DNA of 64,000 nucleotides from Ptychomitrium polyphyllum (GCA_973851085.1 OZ316775.1:19902001-19966000), one strand, 5' to 3'. Positions 25,731-38,186 are shown, counted from the stretch's first letter. The notes: generated by a model not told the origin, from the sequence alone. Program-made: numbers and translations.

Positions 25731-26660
25731 TATTAGAGACACAAGAAATAAAAAGCAGAGACGAAGGATTTTCCAAGATTTAGCTTCCAAAGAGCTAATG
25801 ATTTACAAGAACTTGATACAAAGACTAGAGCAAAGTAGGATAAAATATAATCAACAACTTGTGTTGGCAAGACAAAAGTATACCTTGTCTTGCCTCCTAT
25901 TTATATTATGACGCTTGTATCTCCTAGGATACTTCTAAATAAGCTTCTTACAAGGTTTAAGAATATTTTAGAAGTCTATGGAACCTTTTGAAGAAGTTTT
26001 CTAAAATGGGGGAACCTTCTTAAAATGCTTCTAAGGAATTGGAACCTTCCATTGAAGTTTCCCAAGGTGATGGAATGTCTTTAGGAAATTTTCTCATGAA
26101 ATAAAATCTTCCTAGGAAGTTTTTGAAGGAGGTGGAAATAGCTTTGGAGACATTGAAAGTAATCTAAAAAGATATTATAATATACCAAAAGGTTCTAAAA
26201 GGTTCTAAAGACTATTTTATATAGTCTTTCTTCGTGACAAGTACTAATACATTCTCTTTTATATTCTTTTAAAAATATTTTAGGATCTTAATCTTTTATT
26301 CTTTTAAATTTGATATGGTCATCATTTTATTATTTATAGTAATTAAATTTTCTTTTTATATTGATTTTATCTTTTCTTCTTTTATAAATTTAGATATTAT
26401 CACTCTCTTATAAAAACTTCCAAATTTCCATAGCTATATTAATCACAAATTGCATTCTCCTTTCTATATTCATATATTCCAAAATTCCAAAGATATCTAA
26501 AGTTGTTCTTATTTGTAGTTGAAATTCAAGTATAGTTCTAAAGCCCATATATTTAATATCAAAAATTCCACATAAAACAACTATAATATGATTATTTTTA
26601 TGACATTGAAGCGTCAACTAGATAATACAATTAAAAATATCCTCACCTTCGTCACCAATT

Positions 26661-26804
26661 CTAGAATTCCTAGAATTCCTAGAATTCCTAGAATTCCTAG
26701 AATTCCTAGAATTCCTAGAATTCCTAGAATTCCTAGAATTCCTAGAATTCCTAGAATTCCTAGAATTCCTAGAATTCCTAGAATTCCTAGAATTCCTAGA
26801 ATTC
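26661..26804. repeat. Perfect 9-bp tandem array (CTAGAATTC) x16
   Basis: 144 bp read directly; produces the RIP/NSR repeat ORFs. Confidence 0.97.
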
Positions 26805-27230
26805 TTAGGCTCTGTTTTTAGTATGTTTGAAACTACAAGTATCTTTAAAGTTACAAGTAAATCCAACTTAACATTGTCTTATTAGATGAACTTTGTCAAC
26901 TCATCTATTTAGATGGCCAAAAGATGGTCCATTCATTTGGGTCCTTCAAGAATTAAAAGCTCATCTATTAACAGTCACACTCATTTGTACTAGAGCTAAT
27001 ACAAACATAACTCATAAGATTTGTCTTAACATGATTACTAAAATAAACATTTAAACTTCAATGCTTATTTTAGCAATCTTGAAATTTAACATTCAATCCA
27101 AGGAATCCTTTGGTAAAAAGGAATTCAACTCTGGTAATATTCAACCCTAAACCCTTACAACACTTTTCCACTAGTAAGCATATGAAACCTCTTTGTTCTC
27201 TACTAATGAACCTCCACAAGTTAAAACCAG

Positions 27231-27389
27231 CATGTCATATCCATCCCAGGGGAAGCAGCAGCACCATGGGTACTGAATAATGCCATGTCATACCCATCCC
27301 AGGGGAAGCAGCAGCACCATGGGTACGGAATATTGCCATGTCATACCCATCTTAACGGATACAGGAACTCCATTAGTACTGATTAATGG
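27231..27389. repeat. 53-bp tandem repeat, two near-identical copies and one degenerate copy
   Basis: CATGTCATA(T/C)CCATC... at 27231, 27284 and 27337. Confidence 0.9.
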
Positions 27390-28750
27390 ATGGATATTTT
27401 TGTGCAACCCTGGGTGGTAGTCATCTCAGTCCTTGGCCCCAGTTCTCACATCATACTCATGGTTCAAGTCTGGCCTCAGTACATTATTATTTATGATGAA
27501 AGAAAGGGAATGTCAAGTCCACCTGCTGTGAGTCTGTGATCTGTGCTAAATTAGCTGGCATCCTTGAATTGCGGTGGAATGTCAATTTCATCACTGACAG
27601 GTTGCACCTTGGGAGATTACTACAAATCCATTATAGATTGTGGTAACAATTTTTCACAACAATAGGTCTCTTCAAAGTTACATCAATGTACCATTCTTAG
27701 CCCTCTGAGATTTTCTTTCAAGTTAACCTTAGTACATTTATTAATGTTAACACATGTTTCGTGCTCACTTTCTGATTGTTAAAATTGTACAATAATGATT
27801 TTGTAGACAATTACCATTGTAACTTTTAAAATATCTAAAGTGAATATCTTTGTTATCAAATGAAATGCATGGAACATTCAAAGGACTTATCCTTAGGCAT
27901 AGAAGCCTTTAGATTTATGAATTAAGTATATTATGCATTTCATTTAGATACAACTTCCACCAACCTAATTTTTTAATTTACACTATTAACAAATCAAAAG
28001 AAAGAAAGGAGAATTTTAATTGCTTTTGAAGGCTTGGTTAGTATAAATTCTTAAATTTTTTGTTATTTTATATTTATTTCCACCAAACATAGATTATTAA
28101 TATTGTAATCATGAAAAAGTCACATTTGTATGTGTAGAAACATCATCCATGACATCTTCATGTGCCATGTGACAATCTTACAAATATTGTATTTTAAATA
28201 TTGTATTTTTTTGTCAAAAATATAAAATCTATTAAATGACAAATTTTGAACCACTATAAATTCAAAATCTATGAACATTTCTAGAATCTTCAAAATCTTC
28301 CATATAAAATTTAATAAAATTTTATATGGAATTCAACCTTGTATTTAAATTGTACATATTTTTTTATGTTTGAATTTATTTAAAAATTAATTGTATATAT
28401 TTAAATAAATACATTGTTTCAACATGCATTATAGATTTTAAAATATTCTTATTTTATCTACTTTAAAAAAGTTAATATATTATACCATACTTCCTTACAT
28501 TTAAATGTATAACAGTCTTTTAATGATTCAAAAAGATTCATGTATAATATACAATATGAAACATGACTTTTATTAAATTTATCAACTGTTTCTACAAATA
28601 CTTGTACAATTACAATATATAATCATTTGTACAAGCTATCACTTTGTCAACTAATTATAATGCAAATTTAAGTACTATGGAATCTCTAAATTTGTAGCAC
28701 TCCTACTAACTTTCAGCACATTAGTTAATTACATTACAAAATAGTCTGTA

Positions 28751-29210
28751 TGTATAAATTATCACTCTGGCAACCACTGAGACTACAGAATCGTCTTTGT
28801 GTACAAACTATCCCTTTGACAACCACTAACACTATAGAATCGTCCTTATGTACAAACTATCATTCTAGCAACCAGTCACAATATAAATTCATTGTCCTTA
28901 TATACAAACTATCACTTTGATAACCAGTGACACTATAGAATCTTCTTTATGTACAAACTATCACATTCTAACAATCAGTCACAACATAAATTCTTCCAGC
29001 AACTTATCATTGCGTTATCCAAACACAAAATAGAATCTTTTGTACAAGTAGTCACAACATGAATTCTTTCCAGCAACTTATCATTGTGTTATCCACACAC
29101 AAAATTGAATCTCTTATACAACCAATTACAACATAAATTCTCTTGTATAATTAGTAACAATATAAATTATTTTCTGTAGCTTATTTTTGTGTTATCTAGA
29201 CACAAAATAA
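28751..29210. repeat. Compound minisatellite: ~49-bp units (about 5) followed by ~73-bp units (2-3)
   Basis: TGTACAAACTATC... at 28751, 28800, 28849, 28901, 28950; AGTCACAACAT...CAGCAACTTATCATTG...CACAAAAT at ~28976 and ~29049. AT-rich context typical of a decayed DNA element. Confidence 0.8.
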
Positions 29211-30044
29211 GAGCATTTCCAAAAACCATCCCTATTATTCATGCAATCTTTAACTTGTTAGCAATCTACAACAACAAAAACCATTTGCAATTTCAAAGTT
29301 AATGACAATCAATTTAAGTAATTTTTACCTAAATATTTCAACCATACTTGTAATTTAAATTTCTTAAACATTAATTCATGATAAATCATCTCAAATTTAG
29401 GTACTACTTTTAATTCCATATTTCTTATTGATCAACTTATCATCATATTATGTATATACAATAAGTTTTTTAATACATATGATCAACCTATCATCATATA
29501 TTGGAGCCATAAAACGAGCTTTTTCATATATAAAACAAAACCGACTATCTCCATGTACTATCTATGCACTATATAGATTTTTTGAAGCCCAATTGTACGC
29601 TAGCAATAGATATTGTCGGTTTTCCACACAGGCTCGGTTATTGGATATTCAGCTCTAATGGTTGGACGCTTGAAGCTGGGAAGCTTACTAAGTCTTCACC
29701 AAAGGCCATGCAGGATCCCAGAGTAAGAACCATGGCTGGTTGAAAGTTGTCACTTTCATTGCAAGGACTGGGAAAAATTCGAGCCAAGCTTTACTGCCAT
29801 GTACACATAATGCGCGACTCCGTGTCAGAGCGAGTTTGAGAGGGATGTCGTCGAGGGCCTGAGATCTTTTTAGGGGGAGTCTAGCTCTGAGGGGGCACTC
29901 ATTTTCTGTGGCTGTGATATAGGAGCAAAGCTAGTGTTGCTGCTTCTATCTCTGCGAGCTTGTGCATCTTAAGTCTCACCACAGCAAGTTCTCAGTCTGT
30001 AGTTGCACGTTCAGACGCCAAGTTGTTAGGAGCTCCTTGCCAGA

Positions 30045-31944
30045 ATGCCGAACCCAGCGATCAGCGTGCACGAGTCTGCAGTTGTGGGTGCCATGGCACA
30101 CGACCAGGAGCCTAGCGTGGAAATACGTCTTCTTGAGGGACAGTTTCAGGTGAAGTTCCACATACTTTTCATGCTATTTCTCCTCTTGAAACGATTAATC
30201 TCTTGCATGTTTTTGGTCTTGATAACAAGTTTTTCTAAGAGTAAGTATAGAAGTTGTCTTTTGACCAAACTTCATGAAGCAGGGTATTTTTGTGTTGCTA
30301 GAGATGATTTAGGAAACCTTACTAAGACGTGTGTGGTTGTTGGTGGACGTGCAGGCGTTACCCGTCCATATCGTATCAACCATTCTGAACAAGGTTTTGG
30401 ATGCCAGAGACGTTGTAAACTGCATGGCTACGTGCAAGACAATGTTCGAAGGTTCTAAACTAATCAAAAGCCTGATCTTAACGTGCAGGAAAAAAGACCA
30501 CCAAGCACGCCCATTCGCGCCATCAGCGGTTGCAGAAGAAGAGCCACTAGATGTCGAAGAAGAGGAGACCGATGACGAAGACATTCAAGCGGGTGAGTAT
30601 CGCCACGCGGCAAGGCCAAACTCTCCCAGACACCTCCCGATTCATGTGTCCTTCAAAAATTCATGCGTGAGCATGCTCCGCCACGTGAACAAGGTCGAGC
30701 AGCTTCGGATCGACCTTGACTGGGAAATGCAAGAGGAGTTGTTCGAGGAGGAGGATACGAACTTCTGGTTGAGCGGGCCCAAATTCGTTCGCAAGTATGT
30801 GTCGCTGTGCAGCGACTCGCTTCGCCATCTGACTGTCGTTGATTACTGCAGCTACTGGTCTATCAAGCGCCAGTCACCCATTATAAAAGTGCTCTCTGAG
30901 TCTTGTAAGCATACAACTCCTACTTTTAAAACTTTTTTGCTTCACCTTCTTGTTGACAACCCAAATCGGTTACCATGTCGTCAATGGCCTGACATTTAAC
31001 TTGTCTGCACTGTATTGAACACAATAGGCAAGAACTTGGAACACCTGGAGCTTCGCAACGTGTACCTCGACACGGAAGGCCTCGAGGTCCTCCCCAAGGT
31101 CAAGAGCCTCTTACTCATCTGCGTCAAGATGACCGACAAATCCATCACGGACATCAACGACTCCATGCCGGCCCTCGTAGAGTTGTCGCTGTTGCACATC
31201 TTCGGCGTGCAGGTAATTCGTATCTCCTCCCCAAGCCTCCAAGCGCTCAGCTTCGACCTCGCCACAACAACTACAGTCGACCTCGACCTCCCCTTCTGCA
31301 AGAATCTCCGGCTCGGTTTGACCTGCGCCGACACACTCCTTGTCAGCGCCCCCTCCCTCACCTCCCTCGTCGTCCGCATGGACAATCACGATAGCCCCGT
31401 CATAGAATTCCGCGACGTCTGCAACCTCACAGACCTACTCTACAGTACTTTCTGTTTTGAGCCGCTCTTCGAGCTTATGCGCACGGACGCGAATCTCAAG
31501 AGCCTCTTCCTGGATGTTCCATGCATGAATTTCCGCGACATCCGCGCACGGCGGCGCATTCCCCGCACCCTCCTTGACATAAAAGCGCTAGGAGACAAAT
31601 GCCCTGCAATCAAGACCTCGAGCTGGGGCCCGGGGCTGTGGCTCGCCATGGAGAAGGCCTTCATCGCCGGCCGACAGGAGCTTGCAGCATTTTGTCAATG
31701 GCCTGCGCTCTCGGAACTCATGGTGCATCTGGTAGTGCTGAACTCGAACACTACCATTGCCGTGCTTCAGTACTTGGTTGCTGTTCTGCCTTCTCTGCAA
31801 TCTCTAGAGATTTATGTGCATTGCGGATCTGACAGCCTCTACGACAGCCCGGTCGATCCTCAGCTCTTCTGTGCCCTTTGCAAGGAGCAGCTAGTGGACG
31901 TGCCTCGCTTGCGTCTGGACCGCTGGTCGCTTGGCTGGTCTTGA
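30045..31944 (+). CDS. F-box/LRR (RNI-like) protein, At4g29420-like, 3 exons, ~523 aa
   Basis: Exons 30045-30149, 30355-30904, 31028-31944 join in frame at GT-AG sites (alternative start 30093). F-box FQALPVHIVSTILNKV.DARDVVNCMATCK followed by LxxLxL repeats. Confidence 0.88.
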
Positions 31945-32832
31945 AATGCCTTAGCTTCTGATGGTGGTTGATCAGATCTTCAGCTGAAGATGTTGGTTGG
32001 GTCTTTAGCTATACTGACACTGCGGGGGGCTTCGGAGTACAGTCCTCTAAGTTTTGTTTGTTTGTTTTTGTTTTTTTTCTTTCCGGCACAAGCGGAGATA
32101 CTATACTTTACTACAATAGCTAGCAGCCAAGAACAATGGCCTGGGGAGGCCGCTGGTCAATTTTTTTTCCAGTTTACAAGATCAAATGAGTACTTTGTAT
32201 TTGATTACTTGTAATACTAAATTATTCTATTATTACTGCTTTTGAAATTAGTCAATCTGGGGATGGGCTTGTTCTTAGTTGTTATTTGTTTTTTTCATAC
32301 AGTGTATCTTTGTGACATGGTGGTGGTGAGTTTTCAATGGGGGCATGTTTACTTTATTTATTTTAGGTTGTTGAGTGTTACAGTTGCTTAAAGACTAAAA
32401 TAGCTTCATTTTATGTGTATGAAAGTTTGCTCACCTTACCCAGCGTTTTACCTTATAGTTTTATTACATTAATAAATTTTCTTTTTATGTCTATACACAG
32501 AAACCAAATGGTTGAAAAGCTTCTTTCTTCGTTTACCCAGAAGGCACTCTCGACCAAACTTCAAGTTTTACCACCCGCTTGATGTCACAATCTTCCTGAG
32601 AGGAAAACGTAATGCCTTGTTTGTGTGCTTGAATCTATACAGCTCGCATGTGTCATGTACATACAAAATCTGAACTAATTTTCAGCTATTTTTTCCAACT
32701 TAAACCAACAATATATGTACCTGACTATTTGAGCTGTAATGAAGTTACTCTTCAAAGTCTACCGTTTAAGAATCGCCCTACATATGGCATCAACCTATCA
32801 AGACAAGTCGTTCATTGAGGCAGCAAGATGTA

Positions 32833-33230
32833 TCACCTACTAGCTCTTATTTAGCTCAGTTCAAGCACAGTATCAATTGCGACATTGGCCTCAGATAGAC
32901 CTCCACGTTGTCTTGATGAATTCACAAAAGACAACAACTCTTCTACTTTTACAGGGACAAGATCACTCCTACCAACAGCAAACAACCTTATGCTCTCCAA
33001 GAATTACCCTTATTTCCTGGGCTCAGCACCACTGCCTCTGACTCACTCTGACTGCCTCCTTGCAACATTGTCACCACATGCTCCATGCTTGGGAGCCGTT
33101 CTGCCTCATTCTGAATGCTAAATAAAGCGATGTTTATTAGGCGCTGCACTTCCAGCTTCTCTTAATTTTGTAAGCCCATTGTTTAGTCTACCAACTCCAT
33201 GAAGCTATCTTGCCGAATTAGTTCCTAAGC
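32833..33230 (-). pseudogene. Orphan last exon of a receptor-like kinase
   Basis: After an AG acceptor: A*ELIRQDSFMELVD*TMGLQN*EKLEVQRLINIALFSIQNEAERLPSMEHVVTMLQG, then a frameshift and a tail ending LELS*IRASR. Matches RLK/Pelle kinase subdomains X-XI. Confidence 0.8.
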
Positions 33231-34399
33231 CTACAAGGCTACCAAGGTAAGAGACCATGAGTTGACTATATGATGCTCTTCATGTTAAAACCAATTCTAA
33301 TGGGTTGCACAACATTGCAAAGATAAGTTGTGCATGTAGTGCTTCTTTCTAGTGTGCTTGAATGAAAGTGGTGCATCCTCGGTATGTAATAGACCCTTAC
33401 TACTTCTTTCACATGTATATGTTTTTTGTGTGCCAGCTTTGATTATACTATAGAGATTGAGGTCCATATTTGGTAATGAAAATCTTGATGGAACTTAAGC
33501 TATTCTTTTATTATCTATAAATTTTTTACCATCTTATTCTTGGTGTATACAACTTATTCTTTAATGTAAAGATTTTTTACTATCACACATGGCAATTGGT
33601 GTATAAACAGGACTTCATTCAAGAACCTAGTGAATTCTTCATAATACTTTATAACAATATTTTGAAGTAGATCAAGTGCTTACTTTTCTGCAACATCCAT
33701 ATTTTAATCATTTGTATTATTATTAGTACCCACTTAATAGGTCTTTATCAATCCTTTTTAATTTAGAAAAATATCATCAAATTGTTAACAACTTTTTTTG
33801 AACAAAATATTCCATCTTTATTATAACTTTATTTTCTTTTTTTTTGTTGCTAGAAGTACTTTTGTTTAAGAAAAAATTAATCTATTTTAATGGAAAATTA
33901 ATATTTCAATGAAAATGTTACAATTTAGGACAATATAAATAAAAAGTGGTGAATAATAATAAATTTAAGTTCTATTCTTACAACATTAAAAATTCTTTAT
34001 CTCTAATTCAATAAAAAAAACATGAAAATAGACTATCCGTCACTTTTTTGACTTTAATGTGTAAATATACTATTTCTTTTGATAAAATTTTACAATTCAT
34101 TAATCTTTTATTATTTCTTCTAAAGTATTATCCAAATATCTTTGGAATTATAATTATGTATTCTTTTCTATTAATAATCTTCATCTTTAATGCAATTATT
34201 ATTGTTTAGCTTCAATGAGAGTTAGAATTTCTTGATTTATCCAATTGATAGGTCTTGATTTCTTTACTTTATGATTCTTGCAAAAAATAACATCAACATG
34301 ATTTTTTCAAGAATTTGTTCTAAAAGCTATTTAATTTAAACAATTTTTGTTTCAACAATTATATGAGGTGTATGATTTTAATGAATGCAATGCAAGTAC

Positions 34400-34615
34400 A
34401 ATCATATAGAATGTTTTTAGATGAACTTGTAGGACAAATATGGCAAGTTTAAGAGCTAGAAGAATGCTGTTGGAAATGTCATAGTCCAATTGTTAAAGTT
34501 ATTAAGTTTGTAGATGGACATATAAGTAAAACCTATAAACCTTAAGGTAGATAATTAAATCTACAAGAATTGCTCATTGATGCAATAGATATGGCAATTA
34601 TAAATATCAAAAGTA
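34400..34615 (+). mobile_element. Decayed hAT-like transposase fragment
   Basis: PIVKVIKFVDG...KP...DAIDMAIINIK resembles the plant hAT motif PLVKVLRLVDG..KP..GYIYEAMDRAKEAIK. No terminal inverted repeats found. Confidence 0.5.
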
Positions 34616-35801
34616 AGAACATATGGAGAATTTAAAAAAGAAAGAATTATAGAATTGTGATGTTACTAAATCAAAGTGGTGTTTTTTTAATACAATAAGT
34701 GTATATATGTAAAAATTCTCAAGTATATTGTAAATAATGTGTTAGATTTGCATACATAAAGTAAAAGATTTTTGCACTAAAATATCTTGTTTTGTAATCG
34801 AATTTTAATTACTCTTCATTTTGTAAAGTTTTATATATGATTGATAAATAACTTTTTTGCTTGATTTTCAAATCTTTTTAAAGCAATATAAATGCTTGAC
34901 AAATAAATTCATTGCTTGAACCTAAAATTTAAAGACCTTGACGTAAAAGTTGGAATGAATTGTTTTTGTATTGTAAGAGAATGCAAGGGAACCTTTTTTT
35001 TGTCTAGTATAAAAATATACAATAGCAATATCAAAATTAGGATAGTACATGTACTAATAAAATAGTCCATCTCTTGAACTTTCTTATAGATGCAATAGGC
35101 ATTTTTGAAAGTCTTACATATTAAAGATAAATTGTCATATGCAAGTCTTTATTTTATTTCAAAATTATTGTATGAAAACTTGTGAAAATCTCAAGATAAA
35201 CATTGACAATAAATATAGTAATTTTTGTGTGAACCATAGGCTTGTTAGCTATGCCTTTTTCTTCTTGTTAATCATGCCTTTCCAAAACTAATACCAAATC
35301 ATAAACTACTGCTAACTTACCATTGCTTTTGGGGTCAACTATGACCATTGTTCTTGTCAATACGGCATGTATTCAATACCAGGAAAACGAGCGTAGACAA
35401 AATGTTTACAAATCAGCAAAATTATTGGACGAGTGTGTCCCTGGTCCAACAAGGAATTGCTGTGTACACTCTGTTTTGCTGAGTGCAGTAGAGAGCGCAT
35501 TCACCTAGTGTTTCAATGCAGATGCTACGTTCTGCCTCACATTTACCTAATTTGGCTACAATGTCCAAGTGTGTAGACTTGAACTCCGCCTAACATTTGG
35601 GCTAGTTTACTGCACATCAATTATACTTGCAGCGAATGTCTGAACACTAGAACAAAACCGATGGCTTGGTTACTTTACACTGCAATCAGTATGTACCCGT
35701 TGATCAATTCTCTATTTTCTGATCGTTAGTTTTTGTCCTCTGTAACAGAAAGTGTTGCGCTTGTTGCCTCTCGCCTCTGACGTGATACTGGTGTTCCTCC
35801 A

Positions 35802-38186
35802 TTACAGCCGCGCTTCAGAAATGAATGACTGCTGCAGCCTTGCTGCCAGTGCTGCATCTTCCTCCTCCTGCCTGATAGTCTCTGGGTTCCTCCACGAAGA
35901 TGGCATTACACTTCGCAGCTCATCATCCTGCTGTATCAGAGTTTCTGGGTTCCTTAATGAAGAAGTTGGTCTTCTCACCCGCACTCGTACAAGTCTATTT
36001 GGGTAATTGACAGATTGTCCTGATTCTAACGCATCTGACGCCCTTCCAAACGATAACAGATGAGATCTTGATCGGTCCGTCTCTCTTGAAGCAGTTACCA
36101 ATTCTCGCCAGGGTATAGGACGGGCTGTCCTTCTTCTAACGAGACCTGGACGGAGCTGAGATTCGGCCTGCTCAGTCCCCTCTAAGCCCGCTCTTTGGAA
36201 ATTTTCATTATACTCACAGTTCTTCCGATCCTTCAATCGAGCAGCAGTTTCATTTGGGAATAGTAGCTGGATTGTATTCCACAAAACTGTATTGATCGGA
36301 CAATCATTTTTACTGGTGGCCCTGCTGATATAAGATGGAACTTTAGACAAGATGCTCACTTGGTAATACAGCATTAAAATACACAATTGAAAGAAAGCTG
36401 GTGACTAGAGTTCTAAAACATTTTTGCGAGTAAAATGTTTTGACCATATTCAGAAGTAGGCGCAGTAAAACCTCACCTCAACTCCTGTCTACATTTGGGG
36501 CAGCGTATCCCACATTTTTGGAATACAGATTGCAAGCAACCCCTGCAAAAGCTGAAATAGTGCGGTTTCTTGTGAGTCTAACTTCCCAGACCAGTGCTTC
36601 TCACTACCCCAAGAGTTAACATATGGGCTAAACATGGCCATGAAGTGAAATAAAAATGAAAACAGTTTAGTCATGAGAAAAATAATGTGCTGTTTAAGAG
36701 ACCCGCAATCGAGTTATGTAAATCCCACCCATTTCCAGTGGTTATTTAAAGCACTAAAACAACCCCAGCATGGGTTTCACTAGAGGCCTCGAGTTGTGTA
36801 CCTGTGACCGCAACCTGTGGTCGACGGCTCGAAGCATATATCCAAGCAAACCTACAGTGCAACACAGCTTCAAGTCAAATTCTCAGGTAGGACTAAGAGA
36901 CAGCATCAAAACTCTACTAAGCGGGATGCTGTGACTCTAGAGCGGTATAAATCTGACTCAAGTTGGATAAGGATAAGAAAAGTTAAGGAGCTGAACCAAA
37001 ACCAATACATTTCGAACTGAGGAGCTTGGCTTAAATCTCTGCTGGACAACCGTATGCTCACGTGCTAACAGCAACACACAGTGTGCTGAAACTGCAGGAA
37101 TTACTATTTGCAGACGAATATGATAAAATTATTGATATAAATTAGTGCGTGCTACAAGGGAAAAGAAAACATGGAACCACAAACCAAAAATCTCCTTCAA
37201 ACTTTTTATCCATAGAATCGTGTCCCAGGAGCAATACGACTACGATCCGTTAGGCTGAAAAACCTTACCACGCAAGTAAGTTCTTCTCTCAATTTATCAA
37301 GCTGAAGTGCACCGTTTTCATTTCTGTCGGTTTCTGCGGCTTCTTCAGTAGCTCCTCCAGCAGCTTTCAGACTCATAGGCTTTTCACAAGGCTGCGTATC
37401 CCTGTTTTCGTTATCTTGAGAAAGTGGTTGATGTGAACCTACAAATTTTATAGACCAAGAAGGGTCAGAGTCTATAAAAGGCCGCTTGAAAAATGACTAA
37501 CATGCCAACTTCAACATCCCAACAACTCAAGATTCCCTATTCCAAATACCCTCGCATTCACCTTGAAATGAGTCCCTAAGAATCAGCAATTCTAAGTTTT
37601 AAATGGCCAGTTAATATAATCAACTTCTGTAATTGACGAAGCAGCCGTTTACCATACATTCAGATGTTCTGGATAGTGCCCCACATTGGTCACCCTCGTT
37701 AACTAGAATTGCCATCGGAATAGGATCCAACGGATCCTCATTTGAAGATACTCGGCGTACTCTCCTATGCCTGCCATAGAAAACAAAACGCCTATAATGT
37801 TAACTCTTTGGACACTCCTACACTCACAGGAGCTCGTACTACTCTGAAGTTTGCTGTTGAGCAACTGTGAAAGATATTAGAAAGACTTGCATAGAATTGT
37901 TCCACATGAAAAAGGTGATATGAAAACAAGAGTGCCACCATCTTCTCAAGAGAGGTTACCTTCGCCCTGCACTGAGTGGCGTAGCAGCTTGCCCGGGAGT
38001 ACGAGTCCCTCGTTTCCGCTCACGACATTGAGGGCATTGGGTGCAACCCTCACACGTTCTAGAACAAGAGGCACGAGACGAGCCCTCCGATGTTCCTCTC
38101 CCCATATCTTGCTTCACATAATCCCCAGCTGGTGACTCTTGACCCCCGGCTGCCAGAAGCAAAGCCTCATCATCCCACCCCGCCAT
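35802..38186 (-). CDS. RING-HC (C3HC4) E3 ubiquitin ligase with a C-terminal MIU-like motif, 6 exons, ~384 aa
   Basis: Exons 38186-37960, 37770-37658, 37438-37269, 36851-36802, 36551-36477, 36321-35802 join in frame. RING CVVCLDICFEPSTTGCGHSFCRGC...CPKCR, then INTVLWNTIQLLFP and EEEDAALAARLQ. Confidence 0.88.

Larger units (their letters stand above)
7076..26239 (-). mobile_element. Element C: full-length degenerate chromovirus (Tcn1-like Ty3/Gypsy) inserted in the gag region of A
   Basis: Perfect TSD AGTAC at 7071-7075 and 26240-26244. 5' LTR 25731-26239; 3' LTR split as 15872-16007 plus 7076-7483; PPT AAAAAGAGAGG at 16021-16011; gag, protease (ALLDTSAMACFMD), RT, RNase H, integrase and chromodomain (EYEVKEILDS...YLIH) on minus. 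Confidence 0.92.
1..27001 (-). mobile_element. Element A: degenerate Ty3/Gypsy LTR retrotransposon without a visible chromodomain; outermost host of the nest
   Basis: Minus-strand order: 5' LTR remnant (~26828-27001), PBS-like TGGTGACGAAGGTGAGGAT (26657-26639), gag with zinc knuckle CYNCKEHGNYSRDC (~6455-6410), RT (YNGYHQV...PFGLYNAPGTF...FMDD, ~4310-3825), RNase H, integrase (~2900-2354 and 1203-640), 3' LTR running off the window from 562. Many stops and frameshifts. The left TSD is outside the window. Confidence 0.8.

Noticed and set aside
26588..26866. ORFs encoding RIP and NSR repeats
   Set aside because: Artefacts of the 9-bp tandem array.
27493..27598. C/D box snoRNA candidate (ATGATGA...CTGA)
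   Set aside because: No terminal stem and no recognisable rRNA guide sequence.
28751..29210. Possible CRISPR-like array
   Set aside because: Eukaryotic context; the units are contiguous degenerate repeats without unique spacers, and there are no cas genes.
30996..31800. Several minus-strand ORFs within the F-box gene
   Set aside because: Shadow ORFs of a GC-rich coding exon.
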